Assembly (NCBI GenBank): GCA_031546735.1
Contig: JAVBJY010000100.1
Location: 1 to 56,471, forward strand
DNA length: 56,471 bases
Reading direction: 5' to 3'
From: Eubacteriales bacterium
GTDB taxonomy: Bacteria; Bacillota; Clostridia; Lachnospirales; JAVBJY01
Shown: positions 48,420 to 56,471 of the stretch, one piece after another
Position numbering within the stretch: the first letter of the stretch is position 1
Layout of the letters: every line of letters starts with the position of its first letter
Position numbers and translations under genes: made by a program
The notes under the pieces: generated by a model
The model's input: only the letters and a program-made list of their open reading frames with translations
Database searches by the model: none
Told to the model about the DNA's origin: nothing

Positions 48420-48654
48420 ACATTGCCTCCTTGAAAGTATAATTTTAGAGTCTGTAGAACATTTGCTTCTTTGTTCAGTATAAAGCATTTTTATGTGAAT
48501 TCAAGAAGTTTTTAGAAAAATATAAAATGTTTTTTGCGTTCACAACATAAACTGGCGTCGATTTTCATTTGCATTATACAAATCATACAAAAAATACGTT
48601 CCTGTAATCGTTTTCAGAATCTAATGTTGAAACATGTTTAAGGCAATCTATAAA

Positions 48655-48708
48655 ATAAAAGAGGCAACCAATCAAAAGAGTAGATTTTGATTGGTTGCTT
48701 CTTTTATT
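48655..48708. terminator. Terminator hairpin
   Basis: AATAAAAGAGGCAACCAATCAAAA...TTTTGATTGGTTGCTTCTTTTATT. Confidence 0.75.
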
Positions 48709-48758
48709 CGACAACGCCTAAACGACGCAAATCTGAGCGGATGTACCGAGCCATCAAA

Positions 48759-49020
48759 TCAAACCAACAGCAAATACCATGCGTTCATGTATGGCTTCAT
48801 ATCTTTACTCCAGATCATGATCTTCATGCTTGTTGCACTTGAAGGAACGGTGTGGCTTAGCGGAACATCGATTTGCTTATCGCCGCTTGCGATGGTTGCT
48901 TCTTTAGACGTCAAACCACAAATCTTTCCGGTAGAGTCATAAAAGCCAATGATAACGGTTGAAACAAGAGCAGTGTCTTCATAGTTACTAATGTTTAATT
49001 TAACACTTGTCAGCGTTTTA
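48759..49020 (-). pseudogene. Orphan 3' end of a surface-protein gene (same type of C-terminal module as the giant protein)
   Basis: Minus frame KTLTSVKLNISNYEDTALVSTVIIGFYDSTGKICGLTSKEATIASGDKQIDVPLSHTVPSSATSMKIMIWSKDMKPYM; no start codon for the full domain; followed by a terminator. Confidence 0.65.
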
Positions 49021-49076
49021 AAATTAGAAGAAGTAGTATGATGTGTATTGGGTTTTTATGATACATTGCAGAGAAA

Positions 49077-49349
49077 ATGAAAGAGATACTGTTATCGGAG
49101 GTGAAGTCATTGCTCACGATAGCGGAAACATTGTTTGATGAAATGGGCATGAATATGACAACCGCTTTTATGATCTTTGCTAAAACAGTGGTTAGACAGG
49201 GTGAAATTCCGTTTGAAATAGCCGTTGACCCGTTTTACAGTGAGTCTAACCAAGCCCATTTAAAAAGAGCGATAGATGACTTAAATGCCGAAAGGAATAT
49301 TGTAGTCAAAACAATGGAAGAACTAGAGGCTATGGCAACAGTGGAATAG
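49077..49349 (+). CDS. RelB/DinJ-family antitoxin, N-terminus apparently damaged
   Basis: AETLFDEMGMNMTTAFMIFAKTVVRQGEIPFEI...DPFYSESNQAHL; the usual N-terminal IRxD beta-strand is not seen. Confidence 0.75.
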   Translation: MKEILLSEVKSLLTIAETLFDEMGMNMTTAFMIFAKTVVRQGEIPFEIAVDPFYSESNQAHLKRAIDDLNAERNIVVKTMEELEAMATVE

Positions 49350-49486
49350 AAAAATCAGAAGCACTATCTGGTAACTTTGCCGGATTTTGCAGCAGAAGAA
49401 TTGATGACACAAACAGGCTGATATATCGTATCAAAGATGGGAAAATTGAGATTGCCCAGTGCAGAGGGCATTATGATGATAAGTGA
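49350..49486 (+). pseudogene. Txe/YoeB toxin remnant (C-terminal half only)
   Basis: KSEALSGNFAGFCSRRIDDTNRLIYRIKDGKIEIAQCRGHYDDK*; no start codon. Confidence 0.8.
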
Positions 49487-49586
49487 TACTGCTTAGCGGG
49501 CTAAAGTAATCGTTTTGCAGCAAATCTCAGTTGAGGCGCTCCGAGAATTGCCGCAAAACGATTTCAAATTCAGCCGCTAAGCAGTA
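49487..49586. mobile_element. 100-bp MITE-like palindrome with TA at both ends
   Basis: TACTGCTTAGCGG...CCGCTAAGCAGTA (13-bp perfect) plus inner inverted arms matching 19/21. Confidence 0.5.
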
Positions 49587-49730
49587 GATAAAGACATTCC
49601 CGTTTTGGGAGTGTCTTTTCTATTGTTTTGGTCGAATATACTGCGTAACGGAGTAATGTTCAAAAAGTCGTTGCACTTTATGTGCCCACGTGCTAAATTG
49701 TTGCTATCATGAAGTGTGAGGTGAAGGGCA

Positions 49731-51023
49731 ATGGTTCGTGCGGCGATGGAACAACTTCATAAGTGGAAAGAAAAAAGCAATCGAAAACCTCTGATTATTC
49801 GAGGGGCGAGGCAAGTTGGGAAAACATGGCTCATGAAACAATTCGGCGCTACTGCATATGAAAACGTGGTGTATGTCAGTTTTGACAATAATCATAAGAT
49901 GCAAGATTTATTTGAATCAAATTTTGAAATCAAACGAATGATTACTGGTCTGGAGCTATATGCCGGGCGAAAAATCAACCCCGTTAATACCTTACTGATT
50001 TTTGACGAAATACAGGAGGTTCCGAAGGCGCTAACGGCGCTAAAATATTTTGACGAGAATGCCCCCGAGTATAATATTATTTGCGCAGGTTCCTTGCTAG
50101 GCGTGGCACTCCACAGTGGCACTTCGTTTCCGGTAGGCAAGGTTGAATTTATGGATTTATACCCGCTTTCGTTTACAGAATTTATGATAGCAATGGGAGA
50201 AGAACGGTTTGTAGACCTTTTACACAAATGCGATTTTGAAATGATAACGACGTTTAAGCAAAACTATATTGATTTACTTAAATATTATTATTATGTGGGC
50301 GGTATGCCTGAGGTTGTTTTAAACTTTGCGAAGAATAAAGACTTTAATGAAGCAAGGGAAATTCAGCAGAGGATTCTGGAAGCATATGAGCAAGATTTTT
50401 CTAAACATGCCCCAAATGAAACCGTACCACGAATTCGTATGCTTTGGAATAGCATTCCGGCGCAATTGACGAAAGAAAATAAAAAATTCATTTACGGCAT
50501 GATCAGAGAGGGTGCGCGCGCAAAAGATTATGAGCTTGCGATGTTATGGCTCTCCGATTGTGGGCTTGTCCATAAAGTTTTTCGGGTCACAGCCCCACGT
50601 TTGCCACTAAAAGCGTATGAAGATTTAAAAGCATTTAAGCTTTTTATGCTAGATGTAGGGCTGCTTTCTTGTATGGTACGGCTGAAACAAGACACACTGC
50701 TGGATAGTAACGATCTGTTTATGGAATTTAAAGGTGCCCTGACAGAGCAGTATGTGTTGCAACAGCTAAAAACCATGGAAAATGTAGCCTCATATTATTG
50801 GACAAATGATGGCGGCAATGCCGAAGTCGACTTTGTGGTGGATACGGGTGACGATATAATCCTGATAGAGGTAAAAGCGGCGGTCAACCTACAGGCTAAA
50901 AGTTTGAAATTTTATCATGAAAAATATAAGCCCGTGCTGTCGATCCGAACATCAATGGCTGATTATAAACAAGAGGATTGGCTATTGAATCTGCCTTTGT
51001 ATGCGTTAGAAACCTTAAAATAA
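49731..51023 (+). CDS. AAA+ ATPase with DUF4143 / PD-(D/E)XK-like C-terminus
   Basis: GARQVGKT, IFDEIQ, GGMPE, DVGLL, EVDFVV...IEVK. Confidence 0.9.
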   Translation: MVRAAMEQLHKWKEKSNRKPLIIRGARQVGKTWLMKQFGATAYENVVYVSFDNNHKMQDLFESNFEIKRMITGLELYAGRKINPVNTLLIFDEIQEVPKALTALKYFDENAPEYNIICAGSLLGVALHSGTSFPVGKVEFMDLYPLSFTEFMIAMGEERFVDLLHKCDFEMITTFKQNYIDLLKYYYYVGGMPEVVLNFAKNKDFNEAREIQQRILEAYEQDFSKHAPNETVPRIRMLWNSIPAQLTKENKKFIYGMIREGARAKDYELAMLWLSDCGLVHKVFRVTAPRLPLKAYEDLKAFKLFMLDVGLLSCMVRLKQDTLLDSNDLFMEFKGALTEQYVLQQLKTMENVASYYWTNDGGNAEVDFVVDTGDDIILIEVKAAVNLQAKSLKFYHEKYKPVLSIRTSMADYKQEDWLLNLPLYALETLK

Positions 51024-51078
51024 AAAAATAACCCCACCGCAACCAACGACCGTTGACTTGCGGGGGGGTTATTTTTTT
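51023..51078. terminator. Intrinsic terminator
   Basis: AAAAAATAACCCC...GGGGTTATTTTTT. Confidence 0.7.
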
Positions 51079-51187
51079 AGGCTGTGTAAAAAGCGTGGGA
51101 TAAACATTATTTCCAAAAAGAAGCATACACTAGAAATAATAGTGACAGCCATACCACTCCCATATGGCTGATAAGGAGAATGCCCTT

Positions 51188-52180
51188 ATGATCAGAACTG
51201 TCCCATTAGAAAAAGCGGCAGAACAAGTTTGTGACGCCAGCGCCAAGCCACCCTTCATTTTTCAACTGCCGCCCGAGCAAGGTCGCAAAGTGCTGGACAC
51301 GGCACAAGATTCGCCTGTTTACAAGTGTCCGGCGCGTATCACGACGCTTCCAATTGATACGGGCGAGTTTGGTACGATCGATTTGCACCACATCAGACCC
51401 GATAACATCACAGGCACGCCGAACGTCATTTTTTATATACACGGTGCCGGTTGGGTGTTTGGCAACTTACACACCCACGACAAACTGGTTCGCGAACTGG
51501 GTGCCCGCACAAATTCTGTCGTTCTGTTTCCAGAGTATAGCCTTTCGCCAGAGGCCAAATATCCCACCGCCATCGAACAATGCTATTCGGTCCTGACCCA
51601 ATTGCCCACTATAGCGGCGCAAATGAATTGGGAACTGAATTTTGATACATTAACGGTCGCCGGTGACAGCGTCGGTGGCAATATGGCAACCGTCATGACC
51701 ATCCTGTCTAAATATAGAAACGGCCCCGAAATCCATAAGCAACTGCTCTATTATCCCGTGACCAATGCCTATTTTGACACCTGTTCGTACAACCAGTTTG
51801 CCGTTGATTATTACCTCTATCGGGCAGGCATGATCTGGTTTTGGAACCAGTATACAAAGTCAGAGCGAGACCGAGATCAAATCACGGCATCGCCACTACG
51901 CGCGACAACAGAACAACTGCGTGGACTACCAGACGCCATGATTTTAAATGGGGAGGCAGATGTACTGCGGGATGAAGGCGAGGCCTATGCGAGGAAACTT
52001 CGAAAAGCGGGAGTTGAGGTGACGGCAATGCGCGTGCAGGCAATCATCCATGATTTTGTCATGCTAAACGCATTAGACCAAACGAACGGATGTCGTGGGG
52101 CGATGGATGTTTCTACAACATGGATAAACTGTAAAAATCACACGAGCACCAATGCGTCCTTGATGAATAGAATAGAATAG
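51188..52180 (+). CDS. Alpha/beta hydrolase, HSL-family esterase
   Basis: HGAGW, GDSVGG, DVLRDEG, HDF; start after AAGGAG. Confidence 0.92.
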   Translation: MIRTVPLEKAAEQVCDASAKPPFIFQLPPEQGRKVLDTAQDSPVYKCPARITTLPIDTGEFGTIDLHHIRPDNITGTPNVIFYIHGAGWVFGNLHTHDKLVRELGARTNSVVLFPEYSLSPEAKYPTAIEQCYSVLTQLPTIAAQMNWELNFDTLTVAGDSVGGNMATVMTILSKYRNGPEIHKQLLYYPVTNAYFDTCSYNQFAVDYYLYRAGMIWFWNQYTKSERDRDQITASPLRATTEQLRGLPDAMILNGEADVLRDEGEAYARKLRKAGVEVTAMRVQAIIHDFVMLNALDQTNGCRGAMDVSTTWINCKNHTSTNASLMNRIE

Positions 52181-52291
52181 ATTGTACAAGAAGTACAGTT
52201 GGCGACGTTCAACGCAACAAACATTGATTTACACCAGGCCCAGAAATGCCGGTACACCCAAGAACACAACCGTTTTGTGTGCGTCTGACAT

Positions 52292-52325
52292 AAAAAGACC
52301 CGACAATATACTGTCGAGTCTTTTT
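52292..52325. terminator. Bidirectional terminator
   Basis: AAAAAGACCCGACA/TGTCGAGTCTTTTT between convergent genes. Confidence 0.7.
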
Positions 52326-52340
52326 GTGCGTTACAGCAGT

Positions 52341-54590
52341 TTATCTTCTACCGCCGCCGTTTTTTATGGTAAACACAGACACCATGTTGGTCAACGTTTC
52401 AGACTGGCTTGACAGCTCTTGGGCTGCTGCCGCCGATTCTTCACTGGTGGCCGAATTGCTTTGTACAACTTGCGCAATCGAGCCAAGGCCGATTGAGATT
52501 TGTGCAATCGAACTTGCTTGTTCGGCAGAAGCGTTTGCGATTTCTGATATGATGCCGGATACACGATTAAAGTCTTGCACAATTGTCTCAAGCGCCTCGG
52601 CGGTCGTTGTGGCGATGCCTGTGCCTTGGTTTACTTTTACAATCGAGTCTTCGATTAATGCGGTGGTTTCTTTTGCGGCGTTTTGGCTACGTCCAGCTAG
52701 ATTTCTTACTTCTTCGGCCACGACGGCGAAGCCTTTGCCATGCTCACCGGCACGAGCGGCTTCTACTGCGGCGTTTAGTGCAAGTAGATTTGTCTGGAAC
52801 GAAATATCCTCGATTACTTTTATGATCTTAGAAATATTGGCACTTGCTTCTTTAATGCCGTCCATAGATACAAGCATTTTCTTCATTTCTTCATTGCCAG
52901 CCATTGCATTTTCTCTTGAAGACATCGACAGATTGTTGGCTTCTTTTGCGTTGTCTGCGCTCATCTGCGTTTGTTGATTGATCATATCAATGCTAGCGGA
53001 TAATTCTTCGACAGAACTTGCCTGCTCGGTTGCGCCCGTGGCAAGCAACATGGAACTTTCGGATATACTTCTGGCACCGGTTGCGACTTGTTCTGATGAT
53101 GAGCGGATATTCGTAACGACATCACTCAATTTTTCAGAGATCGAGTTGATTGCTTCTTTGATCTCTGCAAAATCGCCCACGTACGTGCGGTCGATATGAA
53201 CGTTTAAGTTTGTATTTGCAATTTCATTCAGTATTTTTGTGATTTCACCGACGTATGAGGCAAACGTAGTGGTTGTATCGTTTAGTGAATTTGACAAGAT
53301 GGCCAAATCGCCGTTATAGTTGCCCTGCATTTTTACGTTAAGGTTGCCTTTTGACACCTCTTGCAAAACGTTTGATGCTTCAATAAGGGGAACCGCAATG
53401 CCTTTAAACACATTGTTCAACCCGATCATAATGTGACCCCAGCCACCATCAAACTTGCTTGCGTCTACTTGGGCAGACAAATTGCCATCCAATGCTTCTT
53501 TTACCAAGGTGCTAATTTGTCGATCTACACTCTTTAAGTTTGTACGCATTTCTTCTATGGTCTCATTGATAAACGCTTTTTTACGAGGGAGCTTTTCCAT
53601 CGGTGCGTCAAAATTACCGATTGCAAATTGTGCAACGCATGCCATTGCTTTTTTCTTCGTGTTAATATGACCCCTCACCATCTCATTTGTGCATAGTGCC
53701 ACTTCTCCAAATTTGCCGGGGAATTTCTTTTCGTCTATAAAATCATCGATTTCACCGATATCATGTTGCTTTGATATGTACGTAAGGTCTGAAACGATTG
53801 CGTTTACCGTATCCACGACTTGCCCCATGCTTCGGGATAACGCGCCAATTTCATCTCGTGCATTTGTCGCAACGGTCACATCCAGTTCGCCTTTGGAGAC
53901 TTGGTTTGCAACATGAACCATATGGTTAATCGGTTTTGTAATCGCAGAGATGATGAGCTTTGAAAATACCAAAAGAATCACAATAGCCAAAATAAATATG
54001 GAGAACAACAGCACGGTACTTGTGGTTTTGGTATGCTGTGCGGCAATGGCGGCATCTTTTGATTGATCTAAGTTAATGGAAGCCAGTGCATCAAAATTGG
54101 GCTTCATTGTATTGTATGTACTGAGCATATCGCCTTGCAAAAGTCCAATGGCAGCATCGTTTTTGTTATCCATTGCGAGATCAATGATCTTGTTGGTTAG
54201 TGTTTGCAAATCGCCGAGGCCATTGTATAGCGCTGTGATGGCGTTAAGCTCATCGGGTGCCAGTGTGTATACGTCACGCAGATTATAGTACGCCGTGATG
54301 GACTTCGCATAATCCGAATATCGATTGAGTGCCGATTGCTTTGCTGTTGCATTTGTACTGTCGTCATTGGATACGGCAAGTTCATAAAGATTTACTCTCA
54401 ATCTCTGATAGAATGCTCTGGCCTCGCCCACATAAGAAAGAGGTGTTGTAATGGTGTCATACGTGGTTTGTGATTGCTTCGCAAAGGTTCGAATTTCGAC
54501 AATTCCAATTGCCATAATGGCAGCAGAGATGACAAGTGAGATGATGACCAAAAAGATAAGTTTGCTTCTGATTTTCATATTTTTTAACAT
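52341..54590 (-). CDS. Methyl-accepting chemotaxis protein (four-helix sensor, multiple HAMP domains)
   Basis: Two TMs, HAMPs, signalling hairpin [31 protein letters not shown]; AAGGAG RBS. Confidence 0.95.
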   Translation of the reverse strand: MLKNMKIRSKLIFLVIISLVISAAIMAIGIVEIRTFAKQSQTTYDTITTPLSYVGEARAFYQRLRVNLYELAVSNDDSTNATAKQSALNRYSDYAKSITAYYNLRDVYTLAPDELNAITALYNGLGDLQTLTNKIIDLAMDNKNDAAIGLLQGDMLSTYNTMKPNFDALASINLDQSKDAAIAAQHTKTTSTVLLFSIFILAIVILLVFSKLIISAITKPINHMVHVANQVSKGELDVTVATNARDEIGALSRSMGQVVDTVNAIVSDLTYISKQHDIGEIDDFIDEKKFPGKFGEVALCTNEMVRGHINTKKKAMACVAQFAIGNFDAPMEKLPRKKAFINETIEEMRTNLKSVDRQISTLVKEALDGNLSAQVDASKFDGGWGHIMIGLNNVFKGIAVPLIEASNVLQEVSKGNLNVKMQGNYNGDLAILSNSLNDTTTTFASYVGEITKILNEIANTNLNVHIDRTYVGDFAEIKEAINSISEKLSDVVTNIRSSSEQVATGARSISESSMLLATGATEQASSVEELSASIDMINQQTQMSADNAKEANNLSMSSRENAMAGNEEMKKMLVSMDGIKEASANISKIIKVIEDISFQTNLLALNAAVEAARAGEHGKGFAVVAEEVRNLAGRSQNAAKETTALIEDSIVKVNQGTGIATTTAEALETIVQDFNRVSGIISEIANASAEQASSIAQISIGLGSIAQVVQSNSATSEESAAAAQELSSQSETLTNMVSVFTIKNGGGRR

Positions 54591-54904
54591 AGGCTTGCTC
54601 CTTCTCGAAAATAAAATGATGTAGCATTCAAACCATACGCCTTCAGGCACGAGCATTGCTTCTCATTTTAACTGTCATTGAATAGCCTTAACATACACGC
54701 TTCCCTCCTAATTGTTCTATTGCCATACTCGTTTTGTCAAATCTAACAAACAAGAGAACTTAAAAGCTGAATTCTTTTAGCGTTTGGCTTAGATATGATG
54801 TACGTTATTTACATTATACCAAAATGTGTGACAAGAGAGAATACGTAAATTAAATTATTATTAGAGTTTTCACAAAAATTTGACAAGATCGTTTGGTGCA
54901 ACAT

Positions 54905-54950
54905 AAAAAGGCCCCAGAAGGTGTGCGCTGTGTGGGCGCATACCTTCTGG
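54905..54950 (-). terminator. Terminator after the DUF3793 gene
   Basis: CCAGAAGGTGTGCGC/GCGCATACCTTCTGG stem with a U tract on the minus strand. Confidence 0.7.
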
Positions 54951-54992
54951 AACCAAGTGTGGCAGTGGGAAATATACTGCGAAATGCTACCG

Positions 54993-55544
54993 CTATAATG
55001 CGGACAACACCTTATGTACTGCTTGCTGTCTGACAAAATCAATTCTTTTAAACATATCAATCGATGCATCCGGGTTGCCGTACACCTTCCAATATTTGCA
55101 CAGCACAAAATTTTTGCCGTTGTTCTCTATGTAGCCTAAGACGTCTTTGGGTGGGTATCCTAAAAACACACCGATTTCGTGTGGAAAATGATCTTTGTCA
55201 TATCTCGACACCAATATGTCCAAGGCTTCTGAAAAAGAGAATCCAGACGGGTAGCCATATTTTTTTAAAATGGTTAAATTCTCTCGCGAACAGAGCACCT
55301 CTCTTAAAAAGTCCTCCGCGTAAATGAACACGGTCAATTGGCTGTCTTTTTCCCATATCTCTTTATAAGATAGACCAGCCTCTTGCATGAGTTCATCTTT
55401 CGTACGTAGCCAATCGTCTCTATCCGAATGGGAACGCAGATGAACAATGGCAGAGGGCTTGACCCTTGCCAACACGGTACAGATTAAAAAATTAAATCGG
55501 ATATGGAAGGGCAAGCCCGCACAATAAGGGCTAGAAACATTCAT
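54993..55544 (-). CDS. DUF3793-family protein
   Basis: VLARVKPS, FPHEIGVFLGYPPKDVLGYI, YWKVY. Confidence 0.85.
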   Translation of the reverse strand: MNVSSPYCAGLPFHIRFNFLICTVLARVKPSAIVHLRSHSDRDDWLRTKDELMQEAGLSYKEIWEKDSQLTVFIYAEDFLREVLCSRENLTILKKYGYPSGFSFSEALDILVSRYDKDHFPHEIGVFLGYPPKDVLGYIENNGKNFVLCKYWKVYGNPDASIDMFKRIDFVRQQAVHKVLSAL

Positions 55545-55564
55545 AAAGAAACTCACCTCGCTCT

Positions 55565-55582
55565 GGTTAGCGAAAGCTAACC
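55565..55582. promoter_or_regulatory. DtxR/MntR-family operator
   Basis: GGTTAG-CGAAAG-CTAACC palindrome. Confidence 0.7.
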
Positions 55583-55624
55583 TTTATGGATAAAAAAAGC
55601 TGATTCATCAGCAACAGCGGCACG

Positions 55625-55918
55625 TTATTTAGCAACGGCACAAAAATGTTGTTCGAGTATACCTTTTAATGCAGTCGAACTACTGCTATGAGAGCGCGCG
55701 ATGGTCGTGTTTGTCCGCGCGGCTTCTTGTGTTGCATGCAACATCATTTTATGAGACACGGTGTTGGTAAAGAGAACGACCAGGTCGGGAGAACCGATTC
55801 TTGCTTTAAAATCGCCCGGAAGCTGGTTAAATATTTTGACCTTACATCGAAATTTTTCGCATATAGACTTATACTGGCAAGCCATACGTTCATTTCCACC
55901 TACAATTACAACGCTCAT
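55625..55918 (-). CDS. DUF2325-family protein
   Basis: MSVVIVGGNERM...PDLVVLFTNTVSHKM...HSSSSTAL; GGAGG RBS. Confidence 0.88.
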   Translation of the reverse strand: MSVVIVGGNERMACQYKSICEKFRCKVKIFNQLPGDFKARIGSPDLVVLFTNTVSHKMMLHATQEAARTNTTIARSHSSSSTALKGILEQHFCAVAK

Positions 55919-55948
55919 TTTTCACATGACCTCCAGTCAATATTCATT

Positions 55949-55997
55949 GGTTAGCGTAGACTAACCAGATACTACCACAGCCTTGCGTTGGTGTCAA
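55949..55997 (-). promoter_or_regulatory. sigmaA promoter with DtxR-type operator over the transcription start
   Basis: TTGACA-N17-TAGTAT (TG-extended), followed by GGTTAG-N6-CTAACC at 55949-55966. Confidence 0.78.
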
Positions 55998-56004
55998 CCA
56001 CTAA

Positions 56005-56394
56005 TTAAACAAGATTTACTAGATGAAGACCCTCGGCATGTTGTTTAATTTTCTCAAAAGACTGCTCACTGATTACATGTTCAATGCGGCAGGCGTCTTG
56101 AAGGGCGATCGTCTCGTCCACGCCCAGCGCAACCAGATATTGTGCCAGAAGTTGATGGCGCTCTAATATTTTGTTGGCAACGGCACTTCCCGTTTCGGTA
56201 AGATGGATATAGCCGCTGTCATCGATTGTAATATAATGTTCGTTTTTTAAAATGCCCATGGCGCGGCTAACGCTCGGCTTCGAAAAACCGAAATGGGTCG
56301 CGATATCGATAGAGCGCACAGCGTTTCCGGCTTGCCTCAATTGTAAAATCGCTTCTAAATAATTCTCGCCAGATTCATGCAATATCATAATCAT
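56005..56394 (-). CDS. DtxR/MntR-family metal-dependent repressor
   Basis: ESGENYLEAI, SKPSVSRAM, ERHQLL, DACRIEHVIS. Confidence 0.93.
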   Translation of the reverse strand: MIMILHESGENYLEAILQLRQAGNAVRSIDIATHFGFSKPSVSRAMGILKNEHYITIDDSGYIHLTETGSAVANKILERHQLLAQYLVALGVDETIALQDACRIEHVISEQSFEKIKQHAEGLHLVNLV

Positions 56395-56471
56395 ACTCTC
56401 CTACTCGATCGTTTTTGAACGTTCCTAAGTTATTGTTGTACAAATCCTTTTGGACTATTTTTGTTGTTATT

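Noticed and set aside
48691-48942. 83-aa plus-strand ORF
   Set aside because: Starts inside a terminator hairpin; the opposite strand carries the recognisable protein pattern
54669-54695. uORF MLRLFNDS with AGGAGG RBS upstream of the MCP (minus strand)
   Set aside because: Eight codons with no attenuator structure or informative codons; cannot be supported

Overview
Chromosomal window of a spore-forming, motile Clostridia-type Firmicute (sleC/csp germination genes, LysM-GH18 spore hydrolase, chemoreceptor, FliK-like protein). It starts in a partial tRNA-Thr and carries mostly housekeeping genes: aquaporin, glpK, glutathione peroxidase, a two-component system, oligoendopeptidase F, DegV, a lipoprotein GH5 cellulase, an amino-acid ABC transporter, an NSS transporter with a small subunit, a diguanylate cyclase, an esterase and a DtxR-family locus. 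No CRISPR array, prophage, intact transposase or reverse transcriptase is visible. The most notable signals are: (i) a structured non-coding locus at 10.86-11.25 kb with two head-to-head sigmaA-type promoters sharing an 11-bp inverted repeat; (ii) a membrane-anchored TPR protein with near-identical 126-bp repeats that vary at a few fixed codons; (iii) a three-promoter HxlR-type regulon (two pirins, nitroreductase, rubredoxin-like protein, BFD-like ferredoxin) whose shared 40-bp operator can be read directly; (iv) a 3,414-aa LRR/Ig surface protein ending in an unassigned C-terminal module that recurs as an orphan remnant nearby; (v) a rearranged csp-sleC locus; (vi) decayed toxin-antitoxin and Rpn genes plus a MITE-like palindrome. 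All family assignments come from motifs recognised by eye; no database search was run.
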